NCBI GenBank assembly: GCA_041649025.1
Contig: JBAZNY010000001.1
Span: 8,207 to 72,206, forward strand
Source of the DNA: Bdellovibrionales bacterium
GTDB taxonomy: Bacteria; Pseudomonadota; Alphaproteobacteria; UBA9219
DNA: 64,000 nt
Reading direction: 5' to 3'
The number at the start of each line of letters is the position of its first letter. Within the stretch, counting starts at the first letter, position 1. The notes beneath the pieces were generated by a model. That model saw nothing but the letters and a program-made list of their open reading frames with translations. It did no database searches and was not told the origin of the DNA. Positions 58,521 through 64,000 of this stretch are shown piece by piece. Both the position numbers and the translations under genes were made by a program.

Positions 58521-59105
58521 TTAAGCGTAGCCAGACGAGTGAACGATCTGTTCCAAGACTTCGTAGTGCCGATTCATAAGATTTATTTTTGTTAAAGGTA
58601 GTTCGGATTTTTCAATATCGTTTAGCAATCTATGAGAATTATCGAGTTCCATTTTTAAGTAATCACACATATTTTCTAAATCGCGCAGCATGTAAAAATG
58701 TTCGATATGTACGCATATGCGCAGCGTGAGTTCTGCCATGTCTAAGGGCTTTGTCAGAAAATCATCAGCGCCACAGGAGAGGGCATGCATCCACGATTGG
58801 CGATTTTTCATGGCTGTTTGTACGATAATAGGCATACGGGGCAACGTTTTATCGTTACGAACCATCTCGCAATAGCCGAATCCGTCAAGATTAGGCATAT
58901 TCAGATCAAGAAGAACGAGATCTGGGCAAAAATCATAAGTTTTTTGGACCGCCTCGGCTCCATCGTCGGCAGTCATAATTTTGTGAAACCCCGCCTTTTT
59001 CATAGCTATAGAAATAAGGCGACGATCAAACACACTATCGTCGACGACAAGAATACGAGCATGGGGAAATCTTGTTGAAATATCCATTTTGTCTTTCTCC
59101 CGCAT
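58521..59105 (-). CDS. Response regulator (receiver domain plus a short C-terminal region)
   Basis: ...ILVVDDS......LVLLDLNMPNLDGF......FLTKP... are the REC motifs, and the gene is adjacent to the MCP gene. Confidence 0.8.
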   Translation of the reverse strand: MREKDKMDISTRFPHARILVVDDSVFDRRLISIAMKKAGFHKIMTADDGAEAVQKTYDFCPDLVLLDLNMPNLDGFGYCEMVRNDKTLPRMPIIVQTAMKNRQSWMHALSCGADDFLTKPLDMAELTLRICVHIEHFYMLRDLENMCDYLKMELDNSHRLLNDIEKSELPLTKINLMNRHYEVLEQIVHSSGYA

Positions 59106-59299
59106 TGGTTGTGTTCGACATATACAATGTCGGGAGTGAATTTTTTATTAATTACAAACGATAAACGCATGTTTTGATATTATACGATAACATACAAAGG
59201 AATGTTAAGGGCCGGAACGTACTAAAAATATTCAATTATACATACAATAAAACTCAACCAATGCGTGTCTATATAGAGGGGGCGATGAAAACTGTGATC

Positions 59300-60646
59300 C
59301 TAAGCACATCGTCCCGATAATCTTGCTTCCGCTTTTTCCTTGCCGATTAAAGGCAAAAGAAATTTCATCTCCGGCCCATGATCGAAAGTAGTAAGAGCAA
59401 GACGTAACGGCATAAAGAGATCTTTGCCTTTGAGTCCTGTTTTTGCCTTCAGGCTTTCAGTCCAAGTGTGCCACGTGTGCTCGTTCCACGGCGTTGCGGG
59501 AAGAAGATCGGCAGCCTGTTTTAAAAATCCGGCATTGCTAACGATGGGCGTAATCGAACCATAAACCACCTTTGCCCACGTGTTCACATCGCCGAAAGTC
59601 ACGATATTGGCGCGCACGGCGTTCCAGAAATTTTCATCGATGTTCGCATGCCCCATCGCTTCAAACCGCGAACGAACCGAGGTGAAAGGGGTTAGATGTA
59701 AAATCTTGGAATTGAGAGCTTTAAGTTCTTCCAAATCGAATTTCGGCGTTGCATGAGAAATTTTGCCGATATCGAATTCCTTCGACAGTTCATCAAGCGT
59801 CAGCCGCGGTGCGACGGAATCCGATGTGCCCAGTTTGGCAAGTAGGGAAGTAATGGCTATCGGTTCGATGCCTAGGTCGTCACGCATGCTGGCAATGGAT
59901 AGCGTGCCGAGGCGTTTGCTCATTTCGATTCCATCGGCGCTTACAATCAGGGGAAAATGCGCAAATACAGGCGGCTGCGTTTTTGTTACGGCAAGCCAAA
60001 TCTGAATTTGCACGGCGGTGTTGGTGACGTGATCTTCGCCTCGGATGATATGCGTTGTTTTGTCGTCAACGTCATCCACAACCGAGCAGAAGGTGTACAG
60101 GGGCACGCCATCCTCGCGCACCAAAACAGGATCGGAAATTGCAGTCGTATGAAGAACCTTATGTCCTTGAACCAAATCATCCCAGACGACGTCAGAAGAA
60201 TCGAGCTTAAAGCGCCAATGCGGTTTGAGGCCCTTTGATTCAAGATTGGCGCGGTCGACCGCTGATAATTTTAATGCAGCGCGGTCATAGATGGGTGGCA
60301 ATCCGCGCCCCAACTGTGTCTTGCGTTTCAAGTCCAATTCACCCTGCGTCTCATAGCAGGGATAAACACGACCCGATGATTTAAGCTCTTCCAGTATTTC
60401 TTTATAACGTCCAATGCGATCGGATTGTCTGGCGAAAGTGTCCCATGTTAATCCAAGCCACGTCATGTCGCGTTTGATCGCATCGGCAAACGCTTCGGTC
60501 GAGCGTTCTCTATCGGTATCGTCGAGCCGCAGCATGAAGGTTCCGCCATGCCTGCGGGCAAACAGGTAGTTGAACAGGGCTGCGCGGATATTGCCGATAT
60601 GCAGCAATCCGGTGGGCGAGGGGGCAATGCGAACGTTGATGTTCAT
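59300..60646 (-). CDS. gltX: Glutamate--tRNA ligase
   Basis: RIAPSPTGLLHIGNIRAALFNYLFAR (HIGH), KMSKR (...IEMSKRLG...); 448 aa, full length with an anticodon-binding domain. Confidence 0.9.
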   Translation of the reverse strand: MNINVRIAPSPTGLLHIGNIRAALFNYLFARRHGGTFMLRLDDTDRERSTEAFADAIKRDMTWLGLTWDTFARQSDRIGRYKEILEELKSSGRVYPCYETQGELDLKRKTQLGRGLPPIYDRAALKLSAVDRANLESKGLKPHWRFKLDSSDVVWDDLVQGHKVLHTTAISDPVLVREDGVPLYTFCSVVDDVDDKTTHIIRGEDHVTNTAVQIQIWLAVTKTQPPVFAHFPLIVSADGIEMSKRLGTLSIASMRDDLGIEPIAITSLLAKLGTSDSVAPRLTLDELSKEFDIGKISHATPKFDLEELKALNSKILHLTPFTSVRSRFEAMGHANIDENFWNAVRANIVTFGDVNTWAKVVYGSITPIVSNAGFLKQAADLLPATPWNEHTWHTWTESLKAKTGLKGKDLFMPLRLALTTFDHGPEMKFLLPLIGKEKAEARLSGRCA

Positions 60647-60810
60647 AGAGTTTCTTCTTTAAGAACCTAATAAAGAGGCTTGTTTTAGCACGATTTTTGA
60701 GAGAACCAACTCCAAAAATCAGGGGATTGAAAAACCATCTTCTTCTTGTGCTTTATGTGGCGAGACTCTAACTTTCCCCCTTACCTCCTTGATTCTATGG
60801 CATTGCGGAT

Positions 60811-61620
60811 ATGAGTTTAAAAACAGAAGAAATACCCATCGATCAAAACGGCGATCCTGCTGATTTGGTTCTTTCCTTGGATGGGTTTGAGGGCCCGATT
60901 GACCTGTTGTTGTCGCTTGCGCGCGAACAAAAGGTCGATTTGTGCAAGCTCGCAATTTTACCGCTTGCCGAACAGTATCTATGTTACATCGCTGAAGCGC
61001 ACCGCTTAAGGCTAGAAATTGCAGGCGATTATTTGGTTATGGCCGCGTGGCTGGCCTATTTAAAATCGCGCCTGCTGTTGCCGGAGCCAGAACGGCCTCA
61101 GGACGAGGACGATCCTGCCGCCATGGCCGAGGCGCTGAAGTTCCAGTTGCTGCGCTTGGAGGCGATGCAGAAAGCGGCAAAACAAATTCAGGAAAGGCCG
61201 CAATTGGGATCGGATATTTTTATGCGCGGCATTTCTGAGCCGGTTGAAATAGAAGAAAAGCCGATTTACTTTTTGCCGATACAGGATTTGCTGACGGCTC
61301 TCAGCGCGCCATCGCGGCGTCGTAAGCCCGAAACCTATAACGTCAGACACACTCGCCTTTATAGTCTTGAAGAAAGCGTATCGCGTTTGCGGCATTTGCT
61401 CCGTATGGTGCCGAGCTGGGGCGTCCTCCAAAACTATCTGCCTGACATCGTGGCGGCGGAAGAGCCCTTAGAGATTCGTTCCGCCATTGCTTCGACTTTT
61501 GCGGCAACGTTGGAGCTTGTGAAAAACGGCGAACTTGAGCTTCGGCAAGAAGGAACTTTTTCTCCTATATATTTACGCCGCCGTGAAAAACCTGAAAGCA
61601 ATCCTGTGAGTGAACAATGA
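60811..61620 (+). CDS. scpA: Segregation and condensation protein A
   Basis: ...LDGFEGPIDLLLSLAREQKVDL... is the ScpA signature; 269 aa. Confidence 0.85.
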   Translation: MSLKTEEIPIDQNGDPADLVLSLDGFEGPIDLLLSLAREQKVDLCKLAILPLAEQYLCYIAEAHRLRLEIAGDYLVMAAWLAYLKSRLLLPEPERPQDEDDPAAMAEALKFQLLRLEAMQKAAKQIQERPQLGSDIFMRGISEPVEIEEKPIYFLPIQDLLTALSAPSRRRKPETYNVRHTRLYSLEESVSRLRHLLRMVPSWGVLQNYLPDIVAAEEPLEIRSAIASTFAATLELVKNGELELRQEGTFSPIYLRRREKPESNPVSEQ

Positions 61621-62285
61621 CCGATAATGCCGACATCCCCTCAGACCTGCGTCTTTTAGAAGCCGTGATATTTGCGAGCGCCGAGCCCGTGACAACCGAA
61701 ATGCTTGCTCAGCAGTTCGGCGAAGATGCGAATATTTTGGATATGCTTCAAGCCTTGAAAAAAGAGTATGAGGGGCGGGGCGTTAATCTGGTGCAAACGG
61801 ATGGACAGTGGAGCTTTCGTACGGCGCCTGATGTCAGTCCTCATATGAAGATTACGCGCCAGCCTCGCCGTAAACTGCCACGCGCGGCGGCGGAGGTGTT
61901 GGCAATTATTGCCTATCATCAACCCCTGACGCGTTCGGATATTGAAAGCATTCGCGGTGTTGAAACGAGCAGGGGCACGTTGGACATTCTTCTTGAGCTT
62001 GGATGGATACGCCCGGGTAAAAGACGGGATACGCCAGGACGTCCTTTGACATGGCATACGACGCCTGACTTTCTTAGCCACTTTAATTTGGAGTCTTTGA
62101 AAGATCTCCCGGGCCTTGATGAATTGAAAGCCGCAGGACTTCTTGATGCGCGTCCCGCGATGTCAAACTTGCCGCGTGAATCCGACAACGAGCCGGAATC
62201 CGAAACATCCGAGGATGACGAAGATTTTGCCGCCTGGATCAGCGAAGAACCCGATCCCGAAACGGAACCTGTCGCCGCAAAGTGA
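61617..62285 (+). CDS. scpB: Segregation and condensation protein B
   Basis: ...LLEAVIFASAEPV......LAIIAYHQPLTRSDIESIRGV... winged-helix pair with an acidic tail. It overlaps scpA by 4 bp. Confidence 0.85.
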   Translation: MTDNADIPSDLRLLEAVIFASAEPVTTEMLAQQFGEDANILDMLQALKKEYEGRGVNLVQTDGQWSFRTAPDVSPHMKITRQPRRKLPRAAAEVLAIIAYHQPLTRSDIESIRGVETSRGTLDILLELGWIRPGKRRDTPGRPLTWHTTPDFLSHFNLESLKDLPGLDELKAAGLLDARPAMSNLPRESDNEPESETSEDDEDFAAWISEEPDPETEPVAAK

Positions 62286-62358
62286 GGCTTTTTCTTAGTT
62301 CTCGCCCCTTTGCGAGAGCTTAGAAAAACCTCATCCCCGCGAAGCGGATCCATGCAAA

Positions 62359-63234
62359 TTACGGTCTTCCCGTCGCAATAATCTCTATGCCGCGCGCGAC
62401 GAGATCCACCAACGGCTCGACCGTCACATCCATTGTAAAGGATGCATTAGCGTGAATAATGTGACTGCTATCGGTCATAAAACCGGCGTGATTGACTTTA
62501 TCGGAAAGGAAAACAATGTCGCCGCGTTGCCATGCCAGATCGCGCCAGTGCGCGTCTAAAGGCTTTCCGAAGGCGGCGCACTGCAAATCACAATCACGGG
62601 GCGCGTCGATGCCCGCCATTTCCAGACACAACTGTATCATTGCAGAACAATCAATGCCCTTAGGTGTTCTTCCGCCCCATAAATAGGGCGTATGCAGTAA
62701 TCGTCCTGCGGTAAAGACGTAATCGGCAGTATTGGCAAATTCGGTTGCCATAACGTGCGATTCAAAAACAAAACCGCCGTTCGATAGTTCGAGAAAACGC
62801 CCGCTCTTTCCGCTAATGCTGACAAAAGATCCAAGCGTCAATTCATCGCATGGGGGCGTTCTAAAATCAGGTTCTGGATAAACAAAGGTACGTAACGCCG
62901 TGACTCTATTGGACATCATGGCTATGGACTCTCCCAAACCGCCCGTGTCTGGAACATAACCTACGTAACGGTCAGTTCTGTTTTGCACCCACAAAAACCC
63001 GTCCTTGCGGGTTTCAAACACGTCCATGAACTCGCCATACCGAATTTGGCTGACCTGCCGCGCATCTTCTTTAGGTGCCTCAAGCATCGGTAAAACGCCG
63101 CATAGGCACTGTCGTATGACAGGATCGACGTATTTCGCGGCTTTAACGGAGTCACACAAAGACCTGTCCGCTAAATCGTTACGGTAGGCGTTAATTCGAG
63201 GGTCGATTTTCATTCGGCGGCGTCGCGAGCCCAC
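62359..63234 (-). CDS. NlpC/P60 (C40) family peptidase with an SH3b-like N-region (DPP VI-like)
   Basis: Catalytic Cys block ...YLWGGRTPKGIDCSAMIQL... and a His block ...HAGFM......H.... The start may be Met8, which gives a 4-bp overlap with marR. Confidence 0.75.
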   Translation of the reverse strand: MGSRRRRMKIDPRINAYRNDLADRSLCDSVKAAKYVDPVIRQCLCGVLPMLEAPKEDARQVSQIRYGEFMDVFETRKDGFLWVQNRTDRYVGYVPDTGGLGESIAMMSNRVTALRTFVYPEPDFRTPPCDELTLGSFVSISGKSGRFLELSNGGFVFESHVMATEFANTADYVFTAGRLLHTPYLWGGRTPKGIDCSAMIQLCLEMAGIDAPRDCDLQCAAFGKPLDAHWRDLAWQRGDIVFLSDKVNHAGFMTDSSHIIHANASFTMDVTVEPLVDLVARGIEIIATGRP

Positions 63235-63665
63235 ATCTCTGCCGCAGGCGCATGCACGCCCGAAGAAGCCGCAGGTTCGGCCTCAATTACAAAGTCGATC
63301 ATTTTAGCGGGAATCGAAGCGACGTATTCTTTAGCTGCATCGATAAGGCTGGAAAACTCAGTCAGAAAACCTGCGCCACCGGCAGTTTTTTGCACCAAAA
63401 CGTTACGATGGTCGAGGTCGTCGCGTTGGCGGCGGATATAGCCAAGCTCGCCTAAACGATCAAGGGCGCGGCTAACGGCTGGCTTTGATATCTTTAAAGC
63501 CATGGCAAGGCCGCGAACTGTATGAGGGCCATCGCCCAAATACACGGAAAGCATGAGAGCCATCTGGCGAGCGGAAAGATCGGGTGCATCGCCGCGTACG
63601 CTGGCAACAAAGGCATGACGCCATAATTCTAGGGAATGTAATTGAGCGGACACGAAAAACTCCAT
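63210..63665 (-). CDS. MarR family transcriptional regulator
   Basis: ...LSARQMALMLSVYLGDGPHTVRGLAMALKISKPAVSRALDRLGELGYIRRQRDDLDHRNVLVQKT... is a winged HTH; 151 aa. Confidence 0.8.
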   Translation of the reverse strand: MEFFVSAQLHSLELWRHAFVASVRGDAPDLSARQMALMLSVYLGDGPHTVRGLAMALKISKPAVSRALDRLGELGYIRRQRDDLDHRNVLVQKTAGGAGFLTEFSSLIDAAKEYVASIPAKMIDFVIEAEPAASSGVHAPAAEMWARDAAE

Positions 63666-63874
63666 AACGGAGAAAACTGAGGAATCACGAAGTGCGAGTT
63701 TGAGTCAGAGTGCTTTGATTCGCAAGGGTCTTTAGAACTTTATTTGCACTTGAACCAAAGATTCGAATAGTGAATCGAAACAGGGGTTTGTTGAGACAAG
63801 AAGAACTTCATGTAAAGAGAGAAGAAGACGCAGATTTGTTTGGAAGCTCTTGTCATAGGGAAAAGTGAGTCATT

Positions 63875-64000
63875 TTAGACGAGTATATCAAGTCCGGTTT
63901 TTGATCTTTCTTCCGCCCTTTTTTCGCATTTGTCCCTGATGTCTTCTGCCATTTGCCTTCTCAGAGCCTCTTGCTGCTCGGGCGACATGGCGTCGAACTG
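63875..64000 (-). CDS. C-terminal end of an unidentified gene that continues past the window end
   Basis: Reverse translation gives ...QFDAMSPEQQEALRRQMAEDIRDKCEKRAEERSKTGLDILV* with the stop at 63875-63877. Only 42 codons are visible. Confidence 0.3.
   Translation of the reverse strand, partial: QFDAMSPEQQEALRRQMAEDIRDKCEKRAEERSKTGLDILV

Noticed and set aside
59122-59142. CGACAT-N6-ATGTCG hairpin just upstream of the response-regulator start
   Set aside because: It is a short 6-bp stem without a T-tract, possibly an operator, and the evidence is too weak to call.
1-64000. CRISPR arrays, IS elements or transposases, rRNA genes
   Set aside because: No spacer-repeat periodicity, no terminal inverted repeats flanking transposase-like ORFs and no rRNA-like conserved stretches were seen anywhere in the window.

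Overview
The window looks like a 64-kb stretch of an alphaproteobacterial chromosome with about 48% GC. The lineage call rests on GcrA, a canonical CtrA box, GANTC-rich cell-cycle promoters, the hpnCDE hopanoid/squalene genes, an ELM1-family gene and a KdpFABCD operon; a Sphingomonadales/Zymomonas-like lineage is only a guess. Most of the window is syntenic housekeeping. From the start it carries a partial PilD-like prepilin peptidase plus a GT4 glycosyltransferase, then mgtC, purD and a tRNA-Met(CAU). A flagellar class-II/rod cluster follows: a translationally coupled flhB-C-domain gene, an unknown 94-codon gene, fliO and fliP on the minus strand, diverging from flgB-flgC-fliE across a CtrA-box promoter. 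Next come an acyl-CoA dehydrogenase, an SLT lytic transglycosylase, xthA, kdpDCBA with an unlisted kdpF, fhs, mlaFE, an OmpA-like gene, yajC-secD, a Cache-domain hybrid histidine kinase, gcrA, hpnCDE, pgeF, lepA, gluQ, a CorC/CNNM transporter, lrp, an ELM1-family gene, a greB-like gene, sppA-murG-murC, clpP-clpX, dnaB, mfd, an MCP, a response regulator, gltX, scpAB, an NlpC/P60 peptidase and marR. The standout is an approximately 2.9-kb insertion between the PNPOx-like gene and dnaB. It is bounded by direct repeats of the dnaB 3' end: a 45-nt identical core followed by a diverged dnaB-like stretch, an attL/attR-style signature of an element that targeted the end of dnaB. It carries a single 775-aa ORF with a full SF2 (DEAH) helicase core and an unassigned C-terminal half of about 390 aa, plus a block of iteron-like 12-mers. 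No integrase lies inside. I rate this region the candidate novel system: a cis-mobilizable defence or cargo islet. Other points are a gcrA promoter dense in GANTC sites, tandem DnaA boxes at dnaB/mfd, murG-murC detached from a dcw context, a signal-peptide-less SLT protein near the flagellar genes, a G9 tract in a coding 5' end, and kdpD without kdpE and secD without secF adjacent.
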